From NCBI GenBank assembly GCA_024137785.1, contig JAHRHZ010000082.1, forward strand, positions 4,834,737 to 4,898,736: DNA of 64,000 nucleotides. The letters are read 5' to 3'. This document shows, piece after piece, positions 27,416 to 38,995 of this stretch; position 1 is the first letter of the stretch; each line of letters opens with the position of its first letter. A model generated the notes under the pieces. It made no database searches and was not told the origin of the DNA. It saw only the letters and a list, made by a program, of their open reading frames with translations. A program made the translations under genes and the position numbers. The stretch comes from Ginglymostoma cirratum (lineage: Eukaryota).

Positions 27416-28090
27416 TAGAAAGTGCATAACACTTGAAAAATTTATCTGCACACAAATGTCTGACCTCTTTAGAAATGAGAAGGTCTCAATGGAAAGTTGA
27501 ATGTGCAAATTGGAAAACAAACAGGACTGTGGGAATTAGAGGCAACAGAGATGTGGCTTCTGACAGGTAGGAGGAGGATTGGTTGGACAACACACACACT
27601 TAACAAGCAGGATTTGAGGAAATCAGACACATAAGAAGAACCTGCCAGTGACACCCACATCCCATGAATGTACTGACATAAAAGATGCTCACCAAGAGGC
27701 AAGTACAATCCTTTGACTTTGGAGAGAAAGCCTAGAACATCTGATAATGGCTGGCAAAATTGAGTGAAGAAGAGCAAAAGGGAGGCAAAGATAGAAATAG
27801 ACTGACAGCTTGAGAAACAAACTCGGCACAAGGTCTAAGATCATGCTAAAATGTTAGCTGCTATGAAAGCTGGAGAACCATGATAACCAACATTGAAAAC
27901 ATGACATCTGAAGAAAAAAATGTTGAAAAATTTGATCAACACTCAATAATAACAGAAGGACCACCGAGTGAAATTCCCTCCAAAATGGGATATGTATTTA
28001 TAACATTTCCATAAGCTGTACACATTAAAGTCATTTATGTAAGCTCGTACATTACAGTAAAAATTGTTATTTTATCAGTTTTCAGGCAGG

Positions 28091-28104
28091 CCACTAGATG
28101 GTGG
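28091..28104 (+). promoter_or_regulatory. Candidate CTCF site CCACTAGATGGTGG
   Basis: Motif match only. Confidence 0.3.
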
Positions 28105-28751
28105 TTTCTACTAAATGAATGTTAAAAAAGCTTAATTACTCAATAACCTGAAGGATTACAGTGAATGACCCAGATTTTGAAGGGGACTTGTTCAATTGAA
28201 ATGGCGCATCTACAGCACACAGAACTTTTGAACACTAACAAAGAGGAGATTGTACAACAAGTGACGCCATTTTTTCGCAGAATGCTTCAGCCATTCCAAC
28301 ATTATCCTCGTCAATGTGAGAGAATGAGAGACTTAAAGCTATCAATTGCTTCTAGGCATTGACCGGTGATTGAACCCTAGTTGTATGAGACCAATATCTT
28401 CTCACATAGCCAATACATTACACATGGACAACTGGCAGACAGTTGCTGATGGCCATTAACCCTGTAGACTAGAAGGGCATTCTAACAGGCGGCCAAATTG
28501 AGGAGATCTGCCAGCCAAGAAGTGAGCCCAGAGAAAACAAAGACAAATTGTGTACATTCCCAGCCTGCTGTCTCTCCACTGCAGCAAATGTTAAAGAGAT
28601 TACCATGAAAGAGTGGGCTAGGACCACGCCAGATGTTTAATGCAGAGTTGGCCAGCATAGTACAAATCAAATGGAAGGCTGCCACCAATGTTAATGACTA
28701 ATTATAATAAGTGTATCCAACTCTTATATCAATGGTCATCGTGTTTGGATA

Positions 28752-29072
28752 CGTTCAGCCCAAGAAGTCCACACTGACTCTTTGAAGAGCATTCCACCCA
28801 GAATCAACCCCCTACCCTCTCCCTGGATTTCCCATGGCTAATCAACCTAACTTACATATTCTCGGACACTTTAGAGCAATTTAGCATGGCTTATCCACTT
28901 AACCTGAACATCTCTGGACTGTGAGAAAAAACTGCGGCACCCGGGGAAAACCCACACAGATACAGGGAGAAAGTGCAAACTTCACACAGACAGTTGCCCA
29001 AAATCTGGAATTGAATCCAGGTCCCTGGTACCATGAAGCAGCAGTGCTAATCACTGAGCCACTGTGCTGCCC
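28752..29072 (-). mobile_element. HE1-type SINE
   Basis: Homology to other copies. Confidence 0.85.
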
Positions 29073-29321
29073 TAAATTTCAGGGCGCACTCTGCGGGGAA
29101 CAGCTAAGGTGCCTTAATCCATGAACATTGGCGTCCAACATGTGTCAGCCTCACCACATCATCGTGGCACATTTGTGAACCACTTACAACACAGTTCTGC
29201 ATTTCAGTGCTGCACTTTGGAGTGCACCAGCGCTGTTCATGCTGTTATTAGGACACTTTATGTGTAGATATGGTTACCCAGCTCATGATTTGGACTAGTA
29301 TGCATTTCAAGGATCCTCATT

Positions 29322-29627
29322 GGGCGGTATGGTGGCACTGCAGTTAGCACTGCTGCCTCACAGCACCAGGGACCTGGGTTCAATTCCACCCTCAGGCTAC
29401 TGTCTATGTGGAGTTTGCATGTTCTCCCCATGTCTGCTCTGGTTTCGTCCAACAGTCCAAAGTCATGCAGGCTAGATGGATTGGTCATGCTAAATTGTCT
29501 GTAGTGTTCAGGGGTTTGTACATTAGGGGGATGGGTTTGGGTGGGTGCTCTGAGGGTCAGTGTAGACTTGTTGGACCAAAGGGCCTGTTTCCACACTGTA
29601 GGGATTCTATGATGATTTTATGATTCA
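29322..29627 (+). mobile_element. HE1-type SINE
   Basis: B box GGTTCAATTCC, V-domain, tail. Confidence 0.88.
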
Positions 29628-30126
29628 CTGTCTCAGTAGTTACTCACTTTGTGCCTTCTTTGAATCTCACAACATCCTGCAGCCTTTATGTTAGTTTTCC
29701 CCAGTGTCCCTGACAAACACGCTCCTGTGTCTGCTTGCAAATCCTGATGAATTACTGACACCGTGGGGTCCTCTACTGCTGGGACGAAGCAGATGCCGGT
29801 CTCCAGAATTCCTCTGAGTACCAGTGACCCGGGCATTTCTTCCTCGCTATTTACGAAGACATAGGGGTGATGTGTTCACCAGTCTGTGCTTATGGTTTAA
29901 TCTGGCTAAAACAATCAGTATCAGGTATATTGACCAGTGTCAATATCCGGGTGGTGGGCTGGGGTTGGGGGGATGGTCTGGAGGCGGGAGGTAATTGCGG
30001 GAGGTAACCATACCAGTTCATCCTCTGAGGTATTTCTCCTCAATTCCTCAAAAGTGGAGAAGGGCTGTTCTCTAGCACTGTCCTCTTCAGCACGGAGACT
30101 GTGATAATGCTGCACCCCTGTACTAG

Positions 30127-30555
30127 TGTGATGTAAAGTGCGCTATTTATAGGTAATTTAGTATCATATATTTATAGTAAGGATGATTGGATTTTGAATT
30201 AGTGACATAAGCTTGAATGGTTTCATAATTAACTTCTGTAGCCATGGTGAATTATTTTAAAACAACTTGATAAAGAAATATCCTCCAGGACTAATGAGTT
30301 TTATTTACATGAGGAGATTTTACAATCAAACAAGGTTAACAACTCTGCAAGAAGGTAAACTGTCTGGCTTATTCTATTTTGTCTTCATATCTTTTGCTTA
30401 ATAAACTTCAGTTTTATTGTTAAAACCAAATCTGCAACATTGTGTGCTTGTGTTTCAGTGAGAGACCATCTCATTAAACAAAAAAAAGTCTATCGAGTCA
30501 AGTTTCAGTTTGGAATCTGACTTATCCAGTATGAATATCAGGTGGGATCATGATA
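30127..30555 (+). mobile_element. Possible degenerate solo LTR
   Basis: TGTGATG start, internal AATAAA, LTR-like 3' end; no TSD confirmed. Confidence 0.25.
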
Positions 30556-30673
30556 AATGCGGGAGACAAAGGAGAAAATGCATCATGACCAAGGACAAGA
30601 CATTATGGCATGTTATGAACACATTCATAGTGGGGTTAATGGGAGAGTAGCACAAAATAGGCAATGCGTTTTA

Positions 30674-30780
30674 CTTCTGAGGAAGGGTCACTGGACCTGA
30701 AGCGTTAACTCTGATGTTTTCTTCATAGATGCTGCCAGACCTGCTGAGCTTTTCCAGCAACTTCTGTTTTTGTTGTTGTT
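30674..30780 (+). mobile_element. Short PLE-derived element with hammerhead motif
   Basis: CTGAGGA-A-GGGTC-ACTG-GACCT-GAAG-CGTTAACT; imperfect TSD AATGC(G/T)TTTTA. Confidence 0.7.
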
Positions 30781-31203
30781 AATGCTTTTTAATTGGTTGC
30801 TGGAACATGCATGTTTCTGTATTTCTACAAGATTGGTCTCGGGACCTGCCCAGTGAGGACCCTTTTCTCATAGAGAGTAAGAAGGCAAATGGCAGGAACC
30901 CAATCACCCATCCTGACTCATGTGGGCACTCCTATGGGCTGTTTTCGCCTGGAACGAGAGAGGATTGGGTAAGATCAAAGTAGGTGATACAACTGGTAGT
31001 GATAGTGCAGGTGGAGCTAAAACGGTGTCCAAGTAGGAAGGTTGGCACCTCATAGGGCATGGATGAAGGAGCATTGGGTGACAGCATACAAGGGAAGATG
31101 TTGCATGCAATAATGCAAGTGGTCAAGCATGAGCCTTGCTGAGAGGCGTTCGTAGTAACAGATGTACAGTGACTGAGAGGTAGCAGAGAGGAGAAGGTGG
31201 CAC

Positions 31204-31310
31204 TTACCCTGGCGGAGTGGAGAAGATCAGTGAAATTCTTCCTACACTGCTGGGTGTTCCTCTAGTTGTCTGAGACCACAGTGACCCAGGTGGCAATCTC
31301 AGTGGCAGAG
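31204..31310 (-). pseudogene. Myb/SANT-like DNA-binding ORF relic (PIF/Harbinger accessory gene)
   Basis: Minus translation EIATWVTVVSDN*RNTQQCRKNFTDLLHSAR followed by a GTAAGT donor; internal stop. Confidence 0.55.
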
Positions 31311-32059
31311 TCTGGTATAGTGGCCTTCTCTGCTAGGACATCCTTCCTCTTTACCACCTGCTAGGCTTCATGAAGGGACAGCCTCCATGAAATGTAATGA
31401 AAGTGACACAATTTCCACAAGATTTAGCCCATAGAGTTTTCATGTGTTTCTCATGAATGCATCAAAACACCTCATTGGCCTAGAGCTGCTCCCCCATCCC
31501 CTGATGTTGCCTTATTGGAAATCAGAGTGATGTTGGTCTCTCATCCTTTATTCAGTGATATTTGTCTTACATCATTTGTTGTTCTCAAGTTGACCAGAGA
31601 TGCTGTTCATTGTTTATTTTGAGTTCTTAAACCTGCAGCATTCATTAAAATCAGCTACCTGGAACATTGGCTTCAAAACAAACAGATGATGCCAGAGACA
31701 GTACCACTGTGAGACCAACATGAAAGCAATTTTAATCCCAAGCAATCACTTTAAAACAATTGCTCATGTTCGATTATCCCTGCTATATAAAAGGGCCAAG
31801 CTTCACAACACTAAACTATCTTGCACACTCAGCATAATTTCTATGAGAAGCAGCTTTGTAATAAAAACAAAGCAAATAAATAAACTACCAGCTGTGTTAA
31901 ATAACGCCCAGCTGCAGTCTCCTCTTGCAGGATTTACCCCTTTTTGTTCCATGTCAAAAAAGGTTTGCGAACTTAGAACATTGACTCCATGAGGCCTCTC
32001 AGAGGTCAGGGTAATATCCAAGACCACAAGCTGTTATTAGCAGGCCTTCAACTAAAACC

Positions 32060-32900
32060 AAAAAGAATGAATTGCACTTAGATCATACTTTCACAACCTC
32101 AGAATGTTCCAAGCACTTTACAGCCAATAAAGTACTTTTGAATTGCAGATACTGGGGTAATATTGGAAATACAGTAACCAATTTACACACAGCAACTTCC
32201 CACAAACTTCACTGGGGTATTGTCCAGATAGTTGTTTTTGTAATGTGTTGAAAGGATTAATACTGGCCAGAACAATGGAATAACTCACCCGTGTTTTTTT
32301 TCAAATAATATCATGGTATCTTTACTTTATCATCGCAAAAATATACATATTCATAAAAAATCTTTATTTACAAACATAGTTACTGAAGCAGTTCTGTACA
32401 GTCTTTGCACATGAAGAATCAACAAACACCGGAATTTGGATTCCCTGCAGTTCCAAAAATGCCAGGTATTTCTTACTCAAACAGGACAATATTTATATGT
32501 ATTTAAGGCACAGAGAGGGTCTCATAATTGAACGAACGCCCATTGTACTTTAGCAGAAAGGCCTTAGACAGTGGTCTTTCTCCACTGTGGCTTGGCAGCA
32601 GTTGCCCCAAGCTTCAGTGCATCCCTCAGCGCATAGGCTTGGACTTTGGAATGTGCCAGTTTGCAACACTTGGTTGAGGCCAACTCTTTTCATCAGAAGA
32701 CCAACAGGTTTCAAATAGACCAAAGAGCACTTTCACCAAGTTGATGGTCTTCCAGGTGCAGAAGATGTTTGGGAATATCTTCCCAAGAAGGGAACAAACC
32801 CTGGAACACAGAGTCCTGTGTCACGGAACTAATCGGGACAAACCTTGTACAACCGCCTAAGAGGGTCTCAGTTAAATATCTCATTTGAATGGTGGCACAT
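32060..32900 (-). mobile_element. DeuSINE interrupted by a Tx1/L1-like LINE 3' fragment (~32330-32860)
   Basis: Deu motifs on both flanks; insert reads ..WKTINLVK../..NLLVF.. on the minus strand. Confidence 0.55.
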
Positions 32901-33815
32901 CCTTGTTGTAAACTTGTAACCTGATAACAACCTTCCCAATATAGTAGGCAGTTAGTCAGAGAGATGAAGCAATTTTAGTAAGTAGCAGACTAAGCTATTG
33001 ATTTCTATTGGAATAACAGAGAATCTGAATAATGTCACTTTGAACGGGGAGAGACTATGTGTAGAAAGCTAGTGTCGATAGGAAGCAACTTATTGAATAT
33101 GTAAAACTGCTGGAGTATTCAATTTGACCATGTTTGCATTGTGAAAAGTTCTTTTGAGATTTATAACAAAGAAAGAATTAAAGGAATACTCTCCCTCTAC
33201 CTGGATCTGTCTCCCTGAATTTTCCTCCTGAAGCCTTTCACCTTTTCTCTCTCTCTTCCTTTAAGACTGACTTCATGACTGATCCTTCCTCTAGAGCGAT
33301 CGTTCCACAGGTAGTCCTGGAGAAATCCAATAGCTCATGCAGCACCCATCGAGGAAGAAGTTGGTATTTTAGATGTAAGTCTATGCCCGGAATAGTTTGG
33401 GGGAATGTCAGAATTTGACATAAGCCTTGAATAATCATGGTCCAGAGTCTCCTGTCAAGAGACCTGATGCATGACCCATGATGTGGGTCAGAATCCAGCA
33501 GTCCCAAAGCACTGACCTCTGTGTGAATTTCTTAGAAGTTTGAACATCTGAAGGACAATTCCACTGCTCCCTGGAGCCTCCAAAAGGTCTCCAACACTGA
33601 TTTTGAGTCAGATACTTCAAACAATTCCAACTACTTACCTGATTACTTCATTTGTTAGGCATTTAATCGTCAGACATATCATAATCCAATGCCTGGGTAA
33701 CCATACAACTGACTCCCGTCAATCATTCCAATTCATCCTCTCAACTCGGCACTACAAAACCTGACTGTCCCCAATGGACCTTCACCACCCAACTGCCCTT
33801 TGTGACTCACATAGG

Positions 33816-34155
33816 AAAATGATGGTCGAGTGGTATTATTACTGGATTGTTAATCCAAGGAAGGTAATGTTTTGGGCACCTGGGTTTGGATTTTGCCATT
33901 TGAATTCAATAAAAATATAGAATTAAGAATCTAATGATGACTATGAAACCACTGTCGATTGTTGTAAAGACCCATCTGATTCATTAATGTCCTTTAGGGA
34001 AGGAAAGTGCCATCCTTATCTGCTGTAGCCTACATGTGACTCCAGAGCCACCTCAATGTGGTTGACTGTAACTGCCCTCTGGAAAATAGGGATAGGCAAT
34101 AAATGCTGGCCCAGCCAGTGACCCCTTTCATCCTGTGAATGAATTAAAAAAACAC
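33816..34155 (+). mobile_element. SINE family B
   Basis: Homologue of 4206 and 34558. Confidence 0.8.
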
Positions 34156-34557
34156 CTGATTGGACCTCACACCCCAACTCAAACTCACTAGCCCCCACAA
34201 CCTGATTATCCCCTTCCATGTCAGATATGACTAGTGTTCAACATCTGATTATGGCCCCATCCCTAACTGGATCTAACTCCACTCACATACCTTACCCACC
34301 TACCACCCTAACCATTAGCCACTTCATTCACTGCCATCCTACTCACCCAGCATGCTACCCACTTGACCCCTATCCACCTATCACCCTATTCGCCTGCCAC
34401 CTGATTCACCTACAACTGTGCCTTCCAAGCTCTCACATTGGCAACCTACACCTCACTCACAGGCCACTCTACCCACCTGGCCCATCTATTACACCACCAA
34501 CGTGTCACCCTACCATTTAACAGCTTCCTCTCCATCTACCTGACATTGTACCCACCA

Positions 34558-34915
34558 GGAGAGGCAATGGCCTAGTTGTATTATCACTGGACTGTTAATC
34601 CAGAGACCCAGATAATGTTCTGAGGATCCAGGTTCGAATTCCGCTACGGCAGATGATGGAATTTGAATTCAATAAAATTCTGGAATTAAGAATCTAATGA
34701 TGATCATGACTCCATTGTCAATTGTCAGAAAAAAACCAGCTGGTTCATTTATGTCCTTTAGGGAGGGAAACTGCTATCCTTACCTGCTACCTTACTTGGT
34801 CTAGACTATATGTGACTCCAGACCCACAGCAATGCAGTTCACTCTTAACTGCCCTCTGGACAATAAATGCTGGCCTAGCCAGCAACGCCCTCATCCCATG
34901 AATGAATTAAAAGAA
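34558..34915 (+). mobile_element. SINE family B (best-preserved copy)
   Basis: A-box-like TGGCCTAGTTG, B box GGTTCGAATTCC, LINE-B tail. Confidence 0.85.
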
Positions 34916-36219
34916 AGCTACTACTCTACTCAGCTCCCACCTTACTCAGCTGTCACCAGACTGACCTATATCCTACTCAGCCAGCTTCATCAGGTTGCTT
35001 GGGATAAAGCAGGCAAGTTCTTTCATTGACATACTCTCCAATCAGCCCAATTTCCTGATACTACCTGTACTCAGACAATCCAATATATCTGGAAACAGCC
35101 AAGGAAACCTCCCATTAGATTTATGAACAATCCTAAAATTATAGAACATCTGCTGAACTCTCAAAAATTGTCATCTGTGTATCTGCCCTGGAATGTTTAC
35201 CTTTCTAATGTCTTCCACTCCATTCACAAAAGCACTCAGAGCACAGTTCTAGAGTAATCAGCAGAGGCCTCTTGTATGATCTGTCATTCTTTGTGAAGTG
35301 TCAGCAATTGCAATCCAATTTGAATTGCAATATCCTTGCCATGTGCTTCAGTTTCACACAATTGCATAGTCTTCATTGTGTCCATCCCTTTAGCTGTGGG
35401 TAGATTTAAAGATTCTCTTCTGCTGTGATATCATCCCTCACAGGTGACTACAATATTTTCATGACCTGATGACCCTCCTCTCACATACCTTGGAGAGTTA
35501 ATTCATTTCACACAGACAAGCATAACAACAGTCAACAGTGAGTGCACTCCAAAAAGTCATTCATTCTCCTTTCCACATGTCGGAGACATTTCTGGGACAA
35601 ACAAAAGCATTTTTCCTTAGCAGAGTACAACTTTGGCAATAGCTAGACCAGGTTAAATTTTCACTCCAAAATTTGAACATATAAGTTAGGCTATCACAGT
35701 ATAAAGGAAATGTTGTATGCTCGCAAAAGTTGTCCTTTGAATGAAATTTTAAACTAATCACTAGTTTTAGTGACCAATAAGAGATGGTAAAAGACTAATG
35801 GCACTGCATATTTGAAATCATAACAGCTTCCTTCCCTCTCATCAGCCAAACACAACGAACTGGATGTCAATTTCATTGCTGATGTGGCAAATCAGTGCAA
35901 GTCTTTCATTTCATGGTGAACGCCTTCAGGTCAAGTTTAAGGAAGGTGCCGAAGCAAAGGTTTGGGAGAGGGATTTCATTTAAATGCTGGATTTTTAAAC
36001 CAAGATGCAACCAAATTAGTTTTAAAAGGCTTTATGATGAAAAGTGGTTAAACTGCTAATGTCCTCGTCAATCCCCTAATGAATGAAAAGAGTGTGCAAT
36101 TTGTTCTGTTTGTGTTAGATTGTCCCAGGAACTGATAAAGACAGTCTGTCGTGATGTTTGTGATCTCAATTACTTAGCAGCAGTTGTCTGGCATTCTTAT
36201 TTTGAATAGTGAAGGATTA

Positions 36220-37665
36220 AAATACCCTCAACCACTACGGTTGACTATGCTCTCAGCCATGTCTGACCCACCTCTTGCACTTCTGCCCTCATCCTTTCCC
36301 TCCATTCACGCAACAAATGATAGGGTGCTGCAGTCCTTACTGACCACTCCAACAGCCTCCAAAGGATCCTCAGCCACCATTTCCGCCACCGCCAGTGGAA
36401 TGCCACCAACGGACACATTTCCCTCCCCTCCCTTGTGTGTATTCCACGGGGACCATTCCTTTCTGGATACTTGCTCCATTCCTCTTCCACTCCTAACACC
36501 TCCCCATAGCCCCATGGCATATTCCTATGTAATCACAAAAGGAGCAACACTGGTCCTCTCATTATTCAAGGCCCCAGACATACCTTGCAGGTGAAGCAGT
36601 AATTTACTCTAGACTACTGTACTCGCTATCCACAATGTAGTCTCCTACACACTGAGAAAACAAAACACAGACTGGTTGAACAGTTTTGCCAAAAAACTAC
36701 ACTTGGTCAGTAATGATAACGCTGAACACCTAGTTGCCTACCATTTCAACATACCACCATGTTCCCTGGGCAATATCTTCGTTTTAAGGCCTGCTGCAGA
36801 GGCTCAACATAAACTGGAGGAGCAACACCACATCTTCCACCTGACAGCCTTCAGGATTCAACACTGAGTGTAACAATTTCAGAAAGTGATCAACCTCTAT
36901 CACACCCCTAGATCCTGTGTTGTGTGGTTGCTCCACACATAGCTAACCCATTTGAACTGGTCACACTTCTCGTTAGCATCTTACTTAGCATTTATCTCTT
37001 TCTCAGGTTATCTTCAGCTTTCTCTGTTTGAGCATCCTTTTATCTCTCCCTGGGCTCTGTCTCCATGTATACTATTCACTATCCCCACGCCACTATGACA
37101 TAAATACCACCGTTTCCCAGCTATTTTCAGTTCTCATGAACAGTCATCAGACTCAAAGCATTATCATAGAAATCCCTACAGTGTGGAAACAGGCCCTTCA
37201 GCCCCACAGGTTCATACCGATCCTTCGAAGACCATTCCACCCAGACCCTTTCTCTTACCCTTTCCCTGTAATTCTGCCCTTTCCCCATGGCTAAGCCACC
37301 TAACCTACACATTATGGTCAATTTAGCATGGCCAATCCACCTAGCCTGCACATCTTTGAAATGTGGGAGGAAACTGGATCACCTGGCGGGAACCACACAG
37401 ACACAGGGAGAATGTGCAAACTCCTCACAGACAGTCACCCAGGGGTGGAATCGAACCCAGGTCCCTGATGCTGAGAGGCAGCAGTGCTAACCACTGAGCC
37501 ATCATGCCATCCACAACATAGAATCCCCACAGTGTGGAAGCAGGCCATTTGGCCTAATGAATCCACACCAACCCTCTGTTTTCTTTGACAGATGCTACCA
37601 GATCTGCCATGTTTCTCCAGCACTCTCTGTTTTCATTTCAGATTTTTAGCATTTGTAGTTCTTTT
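36220..37665 (+). mobile_element. Degenerate PLE (ORF end and terminal repeat) interrupted by an HE1 SINE (37163-37512, minus strand)
   Basis: Decayed GIY-YIG-region sequence (..AEHLVAYHFN..HKLEEQHHIFHL); decayed hammerhead-like motif at ~37130; PLE tail resumes ~37573. Confidence 0.6.
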
Positions 37666-37679
37666 GTTTAAATTAAGCA

Positions 37680-38228
37680 AGTTTAACTTATATACAGCCT
37701 TTGGACCCAACTGATGTCTAAAAATGCTTTGCAGCCAATGAAGAACTTCTGAATTGCAATCACTGTTACAAAACAGGAACCACAGCAGCCAATTTGCACT
37801 CAGCAAGCTTCTACAAACAGCAATGAGGTCATGATAATGAGCAGATAACCTGCTTTTTTTGAGTTTTAATCATAGACAGATAAATATTAGTCAGGGCAAT
37901 GGGATATCCCCTCTGAAGAAGGGTCTTGACCCGAAACATCAGCTTTCCTGCTCCTCTGATGCTGCTTGGCCTGCTGTGTTCATCCAGCTCTACACCTTGT
38001 TATCTGGGATATCCCCTCTGCTGCTTTTCAAAACATTTCCATGGGATCAGTTAGGTCCACATGAGTTGGCTGGGAGAGTGTCTTGGTTTTAATGTTTCAT
38101 CCAAAAGACAGCCTCTCCAACAGTTTGCAGCAACCGTCTCATTACTGCAGTGCAGTGTTGGTCTTTATTTTTGTGCAAGAATCCTGGAGTGGGACCCGGA
38201 TCCAGAATACTACCAACTGAGCAACAGT
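37680..38228 (-). mobile_element. DeuSINE with a PLE family A insertion (37916-38004, plus strand), 16-bp TSD TGGGATATCCCCTCTG
   Basis: TSD at 37900-37915 and 38005-38020. Confidence 0.75.
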
Positions 38229-38995
38229 GTCATAGAGTCATTGAGATGTATAGCACGGAAACAGATCCTTCATTCCAACTCGTCCATGCTGACCAGATAT
38301 CCAAAACTGATCTACTCCCATTTGCCAGCATTTGGCCCATATCTGCCTAAACCCTTCCTATTCAAGTACCCATCCAGGTGCCTTTTAAATGTTGTAATTG
38401 TACTGTCTCCAGCACCTCCTCTGGCAGCTCATTCCATTCACGCGCCATCCTCTGCATGAAAACATTGCCCCTCAGGTCCCTTTTAAATTTTTCTCCTCTC
38501 ACCTTAAACACGTGTCCTCTAGTTTTGGACTCCCCCACCCAAGGGAAAAGACCTTGTCTATTTACCCTATCCATGACTTTCATGACTTTATAAACCTCTA
38601 CAAGTTCAACCTTCATACTCTGACACTCCAGGCAAAATAGCCCCAGCCTATTCAGCTTCTCTCTATTGCACAAACTCTCCAACCCTGCAACATTCTTGTA
38701 AATCTTTTCTGAACCCTTTCCAGTTTCACAACATCCTTCCTATAGCAGGGAGACCAGAATTGCATGCAGTGTTCCAAAAGTGGCCTAACCAATGTCCTGT
38801 ACAGCCACAACATGACCTCCCAACTCCTATAGTTAATGCACTGTCCAATAAAGACAAGCAGACCAAACGCCTTCTTCACTGTCCTATCTACCTGCAACTC
38901 CACTTTCAAGGAACTATGAACCTGCACTCCAAAGTCTCTTTGTTCAGCAACACTCCTCAGGACCCTACCATTAAGTGTATAAGTTCTGCCCTGAT
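38229..38995 (-). mobile_element. CR1 (HER1-like) LINE 3' fragment
   Basis: LYRTLVRPLLEHCMQFWSPCYRKDVVKLERVQKRFTRM; ESKTRGHVFKVRGEKFKRDLRG. Confidence 0.9.

Noticed and set aside
34160-34555. C/A-rich Pro/His/Thr ORF
   Set aside because: Low-complexity sequence between two SINEs
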